Of a stretch of DNA of 64,000 nt, positions 26,853 through 39,777 are shown piece after piece. The stretch is from Gekko japonicus (taxonomy: Eukaryota). Under the pieces are notes generated by a model. It did not search any database and was not told where the DNA came from. It was given only the letters and a program-made list of their open reading frames with translations. The stretch spans positions 515,980 through 579,979 of the forward strand of contig NW_015175982.1 in the NCBI RefSeq assembly GCF_001447785.1. Direction: 5' to 3'. Each line of letters starts with the position of its first letter. The stretch's first letter is position 1. A program made the translations under genes and the position numbers.

Positions 26853-28908
26853 AAGGGGTCATTTCCAGCTGGAACCAGCCGGAACAGCGTTCCGGCAGTA
26901 AGTGGCGGTGGCAAACCCCCCCCCCAGCAGCCCTCAGGCTGCAGGTGGCTTGGGCACTCCAGTTCAGGGGGTGGGGGCCACAAGCAAGCCCTCTTCCTAT
27001 TGAGATATGGGCCCCCAACTCACCAATGGGTCCCATTTGTGATCCCACACAACGGGGGAAGAAGCAGGGCAATGGCAGCTTGGGGGCCGGACGACTGCAA
27101 CGGCAGGACAACCTGACCCTCCCCCTCTGGTGGACTGGCCTATGATGGGGCCTGAACTGGGCCCGGGGGAGTGGGAAGGGGAGGGGCCACCGACCAGCTC
27201 ACCTGACAGTGGGATCGTTTGGGCTTCCTTCTCTGTCACTCTGTGCATCGGCAAGCTGCTTCAGCAAGTTAGCTGAGCGCACAGAGCCATCGGAGCAAGC
27301 CAGGAGTGTCGCGAGGAAGAGAGAGGTGCTGCCACTGTGGCCACTAGCTGACTCACTGAAAATGTCGAGACAGTGTGTGACTGCAATAAAGAAGGCCAAT
27401 GCTATGCTGGGGATTATTAGGAAGGATATTGAAAACAGATCAGCCAATATCATAATGGTGAGACCTCATTTGGAATACTGCGTGCAGTTCTGGTCACCAC
27501 ACCTTAAAAAGGATATTATAGCTTTGGAAAAAGTGCAGAAAAGGGCAACTCGAATGATAAAAGGGTTGGAACACTTTCCCTATGAGGAAAAGTTAAGGCG
27601 CTTAGGGCTCTTTAGCTTGGAGAAAGGACGACTGAGGGGAGACATGATTGAGGTTTATAAGATTATGCATGGGATAGAGCAGGTAGAGAAAGAGGTACTT
27701 TTCTCCCTTTCTCACAATACAAGAACTCGTGGGCACTCAATGAAATTGCTGAGCGGTTGGGTTAGAATGGATAAAAGGAAGTACTTCTTCACCCAAAGAG
27801 TGATTCACACATGGAATTCACTGCCACAGGAAGTGGTGGCAGCTACAAGCATGGATGGCTTCAAAAGGGAATTAGAAGCATATGGAGCAGAGGTCCATCA
27901 GTGGCTATTAGCCACAAGGTATAGATAGGGGCTCTGGGGCAAGTGATGCTCTGTCTTCTTGGTGCTTGGGGGGGGGTCAACAGAGGGAGGGCTTCTAATG
28001 TCCTGGCCCCACTGGTGGACCTCCTGATGGCACTGGTATTTCTGGCCACTGTGTGATACAGAGTGTTGGACTGGATGGGCCTTTGGCCTGATCCAACATT
28101 GGCGTCTCTTATGTTGTTAGGGGCTTCAGGCCATAGGAGACCAGCAAGGCAAGTCTCACTGCGGCAAAACCGGTGTGCCAGCAGTAAAAGCCACATGGGG
28201 ATCCTGGCTGGGCCGGCTGTGGAGGCTGGGATCGATTAGAGAAACCGGCAATTGATACATTTCTGAGGAGGGCCTGGACCTCGGGGGGGGGATTGCCCCT
28301 TACACACAAGATGGACAGATGGTGAGGTCACCCTGGGTCCCAATTGGCCCCTTTTGTGTCAGGAAGGGTGTAAAGAGATGTTGCCCCAGGTCCCAGTTTG
28401 TCCTCTAACCCGCGATCCCAGGCTTCCATGGTGCTAGCTGGAAGACTGCCTTCTCTACTTTCAAACTGTTAATTGTTAGCAAAGTAGTAAATTGTGGCAG
28501 TAGTGGGGCAAGCAAAATGGCAGCTGATAGAGGAAAATGCAGCTATAACACCTGCAAGGACATTCTATTGTCTGGCTTGATGAATTGCAAGTTGTGCATG
28601 CCCAGACCTCTTGCAAAACCTGTCTCGTCATTAATTGTAGAGCTGTTGATTTTATAATAAATATCTGTTATATTGGAACCAATTAGCATCTTGACTATTT
28701 TCTTTGTGCTTTTGAAGCAGTTTTTCTCCAGGTAGGCTCGCCAGCTCTGAGTTGGGAAACACCTGGAGATTTTTGGGGTAGAGCCTGAGCGGTGTGCCTT
28801 CTGACACACTTCCGATGATGTCAGGGGTGTGTGGCATATGCCAATCAGTTATGCTAATGAGTTATGCTAATTAGCCCCTGCACCTCTTTTTCTACGAAAT
28901 GACCCCTT
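26853..28908. mobile_element. hAT-type non-autonomous element carrying a nested CR1
   Basis: Perfect 13-bp TIR aaggggtcatttc/gaaatgacccctt; 8-bp TSD actgctag/actgcgag. Confidence 0.8.
27351..28115 (+). mobile_element. CR1 LINE 3' fragment
   Basis: ORF 27209-27928 contains the CR1 ORF2 C-terminus (VRPHLEYCVQFWSPHLKKDI). Confidence 0.93.
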
Positions 28909-31900
28909 ACTGCGAGTAATCAAGTTGTGAACAGATTTATGCCAGTGCACTAAAACAATTGCGCAGAGTGCTTCTGTGTATATTTACCACACATTGCGAG
29001 ATCTCATGGGTGCCACTTTCTGATCCGGGACTCACAGCAACTTTGTTCAGGCTGCAGAAACTTTAAGGACTGTTAATCAACATGTCAATTATTAGTAATC
29101 ATTAGCTGTATGTTTTCAGTTACATGAATGGGCTTTCATCTACCAGCCCTTTGTTGATCTCTTGCTCTGACTGATGACATAGTTTGGTTCTAATTGTAAA
29201 GGCCGCAGAACCCCAGTTCTTAGCTTTTGCTCCAGCAAAGCAATTGGCCTTCTACAAGTCACACTTCAGCAAGGCATTCAGTCACAATACATGGTCCATT
29301 ATTGTTAAAGGATTCAGTACAGCAGCCTTGTAGTAAGTGACCAGGTCTCTGGAGCAAGAGACAGCCCTTCAGGTGGCCCACTGCTATCTGCATGGAACTG
29401 TTATCGGCTTTTTTCTGTATCAATAACAAAGTCTGAGCTCTTCACAATATAAACAGCAAAAACCCTTTTCTAAAGACCTTTGAACAAATCAGTTAGCCCA
29501 GATGTCCCCAGCCTTGTTTGCCCTGTGGACATTTTGGAATTTTGAGACTATGTAGTGGTCACCACCACCAAGATTTGGATTAGGGTTTCTGGCAGTGAGG
29601 GAATGGTCACATAAACACACATGAAGCTGCCTTATACTGAATCAGACCCTTGGTCCAATAAAGTCAGTATTGTGTACTCAGATTGGCAGTGGCTCTCCAG
29701 GGTCTCAGGCAGAGGTCTTTCACATCACCTACTATTTGGTCCTTTCAACTGGAGATTCTGGGGATTGAACCTGTAGCCTTCTGCATGCCAAGCAGATGTT
29801 ACACCACTGAGCCACAGCTCCTCGGAAATTACCATTCCCACACACACCTTGATCTTCAAATAAGACCTTGCTATGCATGCCTTGGAATACTGAACAAAAT
29901 AGGAGTCCGGTACTACTTTAAAGACCAACAGAATTTTCCAGGGTATAAACTTTTGTGAGTAAAATAAGCACAGGATAAGCATTTGGACCACTGAGTTTAC
30001 GAAAGTGGCTACAGGAAGAAGAACATTTTGAATGGTCACATCCTCATTCTGGAAGCCAAAGCTTCTTTCCAGAGAGCTTTCAGATAACTGTCAAAAATGT
30101 TTCCTTTTTATGGTGTCTTTGGTGAACTCCTGGTTGTTGCCTTGTTTCTGGATCATCCTTTGAGCATCCTTAAATGGTTTGATGCTGCTGCGAAGGCAGG
30201 ACATACATGCAAAAACACTGTCTCTCCACCCTGTACAGCTCCTAGAGACCCTCCCACACCCATCTTTCAGTCTCGACATTCCTCCTGCCTTCATTTTACA
30301 CAAGCTGTGGCTTCTCTTTTGCTATTTCCCCCTCCAAAATCATGAGCCAACCCCCAGATCATGCAATGAAGCATTTGCTTCTTCTTTTAATAGCGTGCCA
30401 GAACACATACCCTCCTCACCTGCTGCCTTAAACATGTAAACATATCTTACCTTCCTCAGAAGGCCAATAAGTATGCACACACTAATACACGTTTGGCTGT
30501 CTTGATCTAAAAGAAGGTTCAAACCTTTAAACAAGTATAGGGTGGGGTTGGGCTTTGCTCCTTGGGCAGGATAAGCATCAGCTGTATGTACAAGGCAGCC
30601 TTGTCTCCTACTTACACTGAGAGCGGAGAAAACAAGGCTTTTACTCTGCTTCTGGGTAAATATTAACTCAGGTCTACCATTTCCTAGTTGGCTTGATTCC
30701 AGCCTCACCCAGTGGGCTCTGTGGTTGCTAATGCAGTTGGACTCTGTACTGCAGTATGCCAAGACGCATACGTGCACATCAAGGGGATACCAAATATTAA
30801 AACAGCTGACTTGATTATTGGAATCAATGTGGAAAGATGGGTTAATAAATATAGAATTAGACTATCATCACATCCTCTTAAAATGGATATGACAATGGCC
30901 AACGGAATTAGGTCTGTTGTAGAAATAAATACAATGAGCTCTAGAAAGAGGCTCTGGGTGGGTGTCCCAGCCTTGGGCACTCAGCGTCATTTTGCTGTGG
31001 TGACCTCAGCAGGGTATAATGACACAGAGTCCACCATTTTCTCCAGGGGGACTGATCTCTGCCATCTGAAGAGCAGTTGTAATTCTGAGTAATCTCCAGC
31101 CCTCCCCTGGAGATTGAAAACAATGGTTCCCCAGGAGGAAATGGCTGGTTTGGAGGATGGAGTCTATGGCATTGTACCTGTCAGAAGTCCCACCCCTCCT
31201 CAAACCCCACCCTCAAATCTATAGGAATTTCCCAACCTGGAGTTGGCAACACTATCTCCTTCCCAGCCAACCTACCTTTATCTGCCCCTCTGACGTCAGC
31301 TTTACATCTCCTTCCCCCTCCCTGCAGCCTCTACCTAGGAAAAGTACAATCTTTCTCTGCAGGGGGGACCAAAGCAGCTTACATCATTCTCCTCTCCCCC
31401 TTTTGATCTGCTCAACAACACTGTGAGGTAGGTTAGGCTGAAAGTTTGTGAGTGGTCCGAAATCACCTAGCCAGCTTCTACAGCAAGAAGTGCTAACTGC
31501 TACATCACAGTGGCTGCCATAGGGGGGCTGAACAGGAGCAAGCAGCCAGGACTAGTTAAGTCATGCCAGTCAGGTGTCACCAAAGTCACCCAGAGGGTGT
31601 TGTCAGGCCTAGGGTAGCCAACCTCGAGGTGGAGCCTGAAGATCATCTGGTATCACAACTGAACTTCAGACAACAGATCTCTCTCCCCCTGGAGAAAATA
31701 ACTGCTTTGCAGGGTGGACTCTATGGGATTCTGTTCAACTGAGGCCTCAACTCTCCCCAAACTCTGGCTTCCATAGACTCCACCACAAAATCTCCAGGCA
31801 TTTCCCAACCTGGAGCTGGCAACCCGAGTCACAACTGGCCCCAATAGATTCCCCACAAAGGTCAAAGTAGGCCTGGAAAGGGCCTCCTGCCCCTGCCTTT

Positions 31901-33764
31901 TTACTGACAGAATCAAGCTTGGTGGCTTAGCAACAGCCACTGAGGGGAAAATGAGCCCCACAGCAGCAGAAGAAGAGAATGGTTTGACAGTCAGTGGCTC
32001 GCCTCAGTAGCTACCCAGCCACAGATGAGCCAGGTAGGAGAAACGGCAGCAGTAGAAGCCTCTTCCTGAGCAGGGAACAGCCATTTCAGTAGCCAGCCAG
32101 ACGCAGAGGAGTGAAACAGCAGCAGTAGAAGTGCCTTCATCAGGAGAGACAGCCATTTTGGCAGTTTATTCAGACAGGAAGAAAAGAGTGGCCAAGCCAG
32201 CAGTGGGCGGGAGAGAGGAACGGACCCAGCACCCAGCCAATGGCATGCAAGTGCTCTTGAGTGACAGTTGACGGGCCAATGGCTGATGGAGCATACAACA
32301 CAGCAAATGGGAGAGTCGGAAAGTGCCAACACACTAGGGCAGATAGATAGACAGACAGACAGACAGACAGGATTAGACTATCATTTGTTAGCATGGACAT
32401 GAGTGAGGGTCACTTGCCATCTAGCCCTGTTACAACATTCGGGGGGAGGAATGTAACAGTATAGCAAAGATTCTCCTACTGAGAGCTAGCATGGTGTACT
32501 GGTTAGGAGTGACAGACTCTAATTTGGAGAACCAGGTTCTATTCCACACTCTTCCACATGAAACCAGCTGGGTGAGTCAGTCACAGCTCTTTCAGAGCTC
32601 TCTCAACCTAGTGGTGCATGACGTTAATGAGCTAGAACTTAAGGCTGCCAGACAATCTTTGGAAGTCCTGGCTATACTGCACACAATTAATATTATAGTA
32701 ATTATTATTATCCTACTGACCACTTGCTGTAACTGCAGGAATCTCCGGGCACAAAGACCGGGCATACTGCCTTTCACTTTTGGCTTTCACTTTTTATTAC
32801 TTGTTGTCACTTTGCTTTGTTTGACTTTGTAACTATATGCTGACCCTGCTGTTTTAATTGGATCATTCACATTTAAAGAAACCTTACCCAATGTTGCTAA
32901 CATTAATAGTAATTCATTAACTTTCAACACACTGTAATTTCATTGTTTCCCAATAACAGTTAACTAATGTATTTTTTGTAATTAGTGTGTTGATAATTAA
33001 AATACCAACGTCTGTTGTTCTTATAAAGTTAATGCTTTAAAAATATGTTGTCAGTATATAATCAGTCAATTGATCAAAGCTTTCTTGGCTGGTCAAATGG
33101 TCTACCATATACAGGTTTGTTTGCCACTCTCATAACCCACGAAAGTTTATGGAGCAATATTTATTCCTTTAAGAAATAATAAATGTAGTATTTAATAGGA
33201 TTAAAGCAGCAATTCTAAACAGGTCTAGTCAAAATCCTACTCAGGTCTATTCAATGGGGCTTACTCCCATGACGGTGTTCTTAGGATTTCACAGAAAACC
33301 TTTGACTTCTTGTACCTACAATGTTGCCAAGACAACTCCTCACATAACTGAAGGGCTGCTCTGGGATGTAAAAACACATTAATTGACTTAACTCAAGGAT
33401 CGGTTACCGTACCCCTTTTCCTCCCTTCTATAAATACACCTCCTAAATCAAAGGAAATAAGAAAAAAGACAGCTTAGATAGAAGAGCTGCCTTTTTGCTA
33501 CATGCAGATCTCTGAAGCCAAGGAGTCTACTTGGTAAGTCACCCAACATCCTTTTTTTAAAATCCAGACTCCCCAATGAGATTTCAAAACAGGGCTATCA
33601 TAGTCAGATAGTTCAGGCAGACACATGGAGTTCTCTAATGGCACAAAGGGAACATGTTGTTGGCAGAGTCCCTACTACACCATTTCCACACATCAGTACC
33701 CCTTGCTGACAGTGCAGCTCTTATAGCCCAGACGCACATAATATGCACCTACTCTGTACCGAAC

Positions 33765-34159
33765 CAGGGCTATTTTGGGGCAGGAACGCACAGGAGCGGA
33801 GTTCTGGCTGGCTCCCAAGTTGGCCACGCCCAGCAGGAACTCATTAGCATAATACGCCACACCCAACAGTAGAAACTCATTAGGACTGGCTACATTAGGG
33901 GTGTGTGGCCTAACATGCAAAGGAGTTCCTGCTGCAAAAAAGCCCTGGTTTTTGACAACAAACAAGGTAGACAGAATAACAAGCAAAAGGTGGGTGTGGC
34001 TGCATAACCACTCTTCTGGTAACATGGGGGTGCGGCCTAATGTGGTAATGAGCTGTGCTGTCAGGGGTGTGGCCTATTAGGCTAATGAGCTTCTGCTGTT
34101 GGGTGTGGCCTATTATGCTAATGAGTTCCTGCTGGGCTTTTTCTACAAAAAGAGCCCTG
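33765..34159. mobile_element. hAT-type MITE
   Basis: TIR cagggctatttt/aaaaagagccctg; 8-bp TSD taccgaac/tacagaac; repeated ctcattagcataata-ggccacaccc subterminal motif. Confidence 0.8.
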
Positions 34160-36407
34160 TACAGAACATTTGTTATGTTTGAGGCAGGAATAAACATGAA
34201 CCAGCTACCAGCACCAAGTAATCCTACTTCAAATTACACTTTTATTCAGTTGTGACAGATGATTCAAATTGTATCAGTATCAATGGCTATGAGGTGCTCT
34301 ATGGAAATTCAGGGAGAAAACCTCTCAGGCAAACATCCCCGATAGTGATGATTGCCTGCTTCTGGGGTAATGTATACATTTTATTTAAATAAGACCATAA
34401 ACAAAAAGCAAGGCAGGCTAAAGAACAGATTTACAGGAAAGATCACTACTCAATGATCCACAGCAGTCTGCAGCATCTGGCAACAGCCAACACTACCCAA
34501 AAGGGGAGCAGCTTTTTAACTGCAGTGAAAACATCCCCTCCAAGATGCATCCCATTTCAGTTAACATAAGAACATCAGAGAAGCCACGCTGGATCAGGCC
34601 AGTGGCCCATCCAGTCCAAAATTCTGTGTCACAAAGTGGCCAAAACCTAGGTTCCAGCAGGAGATCCACCAGCGGGGCCAGAACTCCGAAAGCCCTCCCA
34701 CTGTTGCCCTCCAAGCTCCAAAACCACACAGCATCACTGCCCAGACATAGTGTTCCATCTATACCTTGCGGCTAATAGCCTCTGCACCATTTGTTTACCG
34801 AATCCTCTCTTGAAAGTGATCAGAACTGTATTCCAAATGAGGCCGCACCATCGATTTATACAGGGCATTATGATACTGGCTGATTTGTTTTCAATCCCCT
34901 TCCTAATAATCCCCAGCATAACGTTTGCCTTTTTTCTTGCAGTTGCACACTGAGTTGACATCTCCAAGATCTCTCTCCTGGTCAATTACCACCATCAACA
35001 TATATTTATAGTTAGGATTTTTTGCTGCAATGCGCATTACTTTGCACTTGCCCGTGTCGAACCTCATCTGCCACACTGATGCCCACTCACCAAGTCTCGT
35101 CAGATTTCTCTAGATCACCTCACAGTCCTCCCTGATTCTCATCACGCTGAACCAATTAGTGTCATCCACAAACTTAATGGCTTACTCCCAACTCCAAATC
35201 ATTAATGAGCAAGTTTAAAAACACCAGACCTAGTACCGAGCCCTGTGGTACCCCACTGCTTATCACCTTCCACTGTGAAAACTGGCCATTTATACTTACT
35301 CTCTTGTTTCCTGCTAATTAACCAGTTTTTAATCCACAAGATGAATTGTCCTCTTATCCCATGATTGCTGAGTTTATTTAGGAGCCTTTGATGAGGAACT
35401 TTATCAAAAACTTTCTGGAAGTCTAGGTAAACAATATCTACTGGGTCACCCTTGTCCACATGTTTGTTCACCCCCTCAAAGAACTTTAAAAGGTTAGAAC
35501 AACAAGATTTTCCCTTACAGAATCCATGCTGATTCTTCCTCAATAGCTTTTGTGCATCAATGTGCCTGCTAATTCTATCTTTGATAATGGATTCCACCAA
35601 TTTACCCAGTATCAATGTTTAACTGGCCTGTAATTTCCCGGATCTCCTCTGGAACCTTTTTTAAAGAAGGGGGTTACATTAATGGAAGCAGATTTTATAG
35701 ATAGATTGCATATTTTTGCCAGGAGATCCACAAGTTCACATTTGAGTTCTTTCAGAACTCTCGGATATATGCCATCTGGGCCTGGTAATTTATTAGTTTT
35801 TAATTTGTCCATCAGTCATGGGACCTCCTCTCTCGTCACCTCAATCCGACTCAGGTCTTTCAACACCCCTCCTGAAATTGCCGGTTCTGGAGTAGGCAAG
35901 CACTTCCCATATTTGAGAACAGAGGCAAAAAATGCATTCAGCTTCTCTGCCATTTCCCTATCATCCTCTAATAATTCTCTCACCCTTTGATCATCCAAGG
36001 ACCCCACTGCCTCCCTGGCTGGTTTTCTGCTACTAGTGTATTTGAAGAAATTTTTATTGTTGGTCTATGTTTTTTGCAGCATGTTCCTCATAGTACGTTT
36101 TTGCCTGTCTGATCACTGCCTTGCATTTTATTTGCCAATGCCTGTGCTCCCTTTTATTTACTTTACTTGGACTAGCTTTCCACTGCTTAAAGGAATCCTT
36201 CTTACCTTTCACTGCTTCCATTACTCTGTTCATTAACCATGCAGGCCTTTTAAAATAGCTATTCGTAACCTTTCCTAACCTGAGGTAAACATTTTATCCA
36301 AGTTTCCAGTATTGTAGTTTTAAACAGTCTCCAAACTTCCTTAAGGGATTTGACCCTCTTTACCTTTCCTTTCAGTTTCTTCTTCACAAGCCCCCTCATT
36401 TGAAAGA

Positions 36408-36755
36408 AGGAGCTGCGGTGGCTCAAGTGGTTAAGACGCTGAACTGCAGGCTGTGGAAGGTCAGTAGTTCAGCAGTTCGAGACCTGGGTGCCGCATGATG
36501 GAGTGAGCTCCCGTCTCTAGTTCCAGCTCCTGCCAACCTAGCAGTTCGAAAGCAAGAAATTGCAAGTAGATAAATAGGTACCGCTTCAGTGGGAAGGTAG
36601 CAGCGTTCCATGCACCTTGGTGTTTAGTCATGCCGGCCACATGACCACGGAAACGTCTTCGGACAGCGCTGGCTCTTCGGCTTTGAAACGGAGATGAGCA
36701 CCGCAACCCTAGAGTCGGATTCGACTGGCTTTCAAGCAAGGGAACCTTTACCTTA
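36408..36755 (+). mobile_element. Sauria SINE, full length
   Basis: tRNA head gagctgcggtggctcaagtggttaag; core ctgccaacctagcagttcgaaagc; acctttacc tail. Confidence 0.9.
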
Positions 36756-36846
36756 CCCCTTCTAAAGTTAATGCAGTTGTGTTGGTGTTTTTGAGCATCT
36801 CCTTATTTACATAAATGCTAAACTTAACAGCATTATGGTCACTGTT

Positions 36847-37710
36847 TGTTGGTTTATTTATTTTGACTTTTATTTTGCCTTCCCCACAAGTGGGCTCAGG
36901 GTGGGACACAACAACAATATACAATAATCCAATATTTAAACACAATAATTCAGTAGTTAAGACAGTTAAAAACAGTAAAAATTAAAATAGGTAGCAGCGC
37001 TATCAGTTAAAGTGCAGTAATCTCAGAAGCTAGAGCCACTGTGCCTCTAAAATCTTCTCAATCTGGGCTGCATAGAGATGCAGAGCTTCAGCAAGGGAAG
37101 GCAACTTGATTGGACGCCCACCTCCTCATCCAAAGGCCTGGCGGAACAGCTCCATTTTACAGGCCAGGCAGAATGATAGGAGGTCCCAGAGGGCCCTGAT
37201 CTCAAGCAGGAGCATGCTCCACCAGGCCGGCACCAGGGTAGAGAAAGCCCTGGCCCTAGTCAAGGCTAAGCAGACATCCCTTGGGCAGGGGACAATCAGC
37301 AGATGTTGGTTGGCCCAGGCCAAGGCTCTCCAGGGCTCATATGGGAAGAGGAAGTCCCTCAGATATGACGATCCCAGGCCACACAAGCCTTTAAAGGTCA
37401 GTACCAACACTCTGAAATGGATCTGGTACTCAGTTGGTAGCCAGTGCAATTGGCATAGTATTGGCTGAATGCATGCCCACATAGGTGATGCAGTCAGAAG
37501 GTGTGCTGTCACATTTTGCACTAGCTGGAGTTTCCAGATCAGCCTCAGGGGCAAGCCCACATAAAATGCATTACAGTAATCAACCGTGGAAGTGACCATT
37601 GCATGGGTCCCTGTAGCCAAGTCTTGGGGGGAGAGGTAGGGTACCAGTTGCCTGATATCATGAAGATGATAGGAGGCTGGCCTGGCACCTGAGGTGACCT
37701 GGGCCTCCAT
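36847..37710 (-). mobile_element. L2 LINE 3' fragment nested in CR1
   Basis: HAMVTSTVDYCNAFYVGLP..KLQLVQN...LHWLP; 3'UTR with a taaa-type tail. Confidence 0.9.
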
Positions 37711-39033
37711 GTTCCCAACCAGTGCTATCACGTCTACATCTCCCACCAGGTCTTGAGTATTACTTAGGACCAAGTCCAGGATCGCCTTCCCCTGGTAGGT
37801 TCTGTGACCATCTGCTCCATGGCACAGTTATTTGTTGCTCACCTCTTTTCAATATGAGTTAAGAAATAAGGAGGCTGCCATGCAAAATTAAAAGATCCAT
37901 TGTCGAAATGCAAAATGAATACTGCTTCAGAGGGCAAGTGATATGGAGATCCGAAAACTATCTCAAGGAAGATGAGAGGAGAATCAGCACAACCACTGCT
38001 GAGAGTAACCCTAGGAAAGGGTCCTACCATCCTTGCTAGTGGCCATTGCCAAGAGGCAGCAAAGACAGAGAATGGCATTAAGAGCACTATGCAAATGTGC
38101 TCTTCATCAGGCCAGTGGTGCCTGAGTGGGTGCAACTAACAACACACTTACTGCTGCCAGATGTGACAGTGCAGCTGAGGACATGATGACCCCCTTCCTT
38201 TTCAGCTGCTTTCAGCCATCTAGTGCCCTCCACGTCACCTCACCAACTATCACTAATACATTCTACCTGTGATGGCATATAAATTTACATCTATACTGAT
38301 GCGATTATATAATATAATGAAAAGCATCAAACTGGCAGAGTCCTGGGTGGAAAAGATGGGGTAACACCTTCGGTTCACAAAGGTCTTATTATAATGTCTA
38401 GAAACCCCTGTAGACATGTGGCCTTAGCTAGGGATAAATTTGGAACTTGTAAGCCGCTCAGAGACCCTTCGGGGTTGGAGCGGGGTAGAAATTGAAGATA
38501 TAAATAAATAAATAAGTTGCATAGCCTTTTTAAAAGTGTTGGGGCCTTCCCTTCACTCCTGTAGTGATTCATAAAGCTGTCTGACAAACACTGTGCATTC
38601 CAACAGCCTTAAAGAGAGGTTGGGCAGACTTCAGGGAGCTCGTATACACAACATGTCTGTTTTTAAAATCACAAAGGAAGTCATTCCCACCCTGCTTGAC
38701 TAATATAGCCACACACCTTTTCTTTTGCCAGGAAGCTTATTGGGTGGCCTTGATCAAATCTTTCCATCTCCATCTAACGAATCCCCACAAAGCTGTTGTA
38801 AGGATAAAATTGGATACCCCCACATATACTGTCCCAGGTTTCTTGGAAGAAAGGTGTCAATTTCATTTTGTTTGCTAAACAGAAAATGGGGGAGGGGGAT
38901 AATAAGAAGTAAAATTAGAGAGCTACTGGGTTTTCAGGTAGGATATTCTCTCTCAATTCCAGCACTAACCGTGCCATCCTAACCAAAGTTACATCCTTCT
39001 AAGCCCATTGACTTCAACGGAATTAAAAGGGTA

Positions 39034-39777
39034 CAAGCGGAGACCTGCGATTAGTTGGGGGGTGTCACTCTTAACTTTTCACCCTTGCCAGGGCCAGTGT
39101 AGCTCCCAGCCACATATCTCAATTGCCTACAGGCCTGACACTGCTCCTGTCCTCTGCTGCCAGGCCCAACACAGCTTCTCCACCCCATCACCGCTGCCAT
39201 CCTTGCTCCTGGCAGCCCCCTCCCCATTGCTGACACTGGCGATGGGCAAGGTCCACCTCCTGGTCTTGCTGCCAGGCCCACTGCAGATTCTTCTTCTTCA
39301 CCCCATTGCCACTGTTGTCCCCTGGGCCACCACAACTCCCCACCACCACCATTGCTGACAACATTGGCAGGCCCAGGCCAGCTGTTCCCCCCATCACTAC
39401 TGCTGGTGCCACTAGAGCTCCCATCCACCCCCCTACCATTGTCAAAACCCTCACTGGGCCCAGTATGCCTCCCAGCCTTCACTGCTGCTGTAGTTCCCCT
39501 GCACTGCCACTGCGATTGTTGGGGCTGCCGCAGCCCCCAGACAAACCCATCACTGCAGACATCTGGAGAGTTATGTGCATTGTCTGCATATTTTCAGATA
39601 ACACTCTTATTTTGGAGGGAATTTAACCCTCTCCAATGTATTTTATTAAGATTTCAGATTTTTCTGCAAACCTGGGGGGTCTCCCAGATTTGCAGGAAAA
39701 TCTGTTTAGTGTCAATGTGGCCCCAATTTGCTGATTTACATATCCACAGATCGGGGCCAGACTTCACTATTTATAGA
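39034..39777 (-). mobile_element. Non-autonomous Helitron inserted in a small palindromic MITE
   Basis: A|TCTATAAATAG 5' end; ...CTTG|T 3' end; no TSD; flanks rejoin into gtgccatcct...aggatggcac. Confidence 0.7.

Larger units (their letters stand above)
34563..37835 (-). mobile_element. Long degenerate CR1 LINE (endonuclease, RT, 3'UTR) interrupted by a Sauria SINE and an L2
   Basis: EN motif EPTRG-AILDLVLSN...GN|SDHN; RT motifs PGPDGIYPRVLKEL, NYRPV, QHGFCKGKS and YLDFQKVFDKVPH. Confidence 0.92.
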
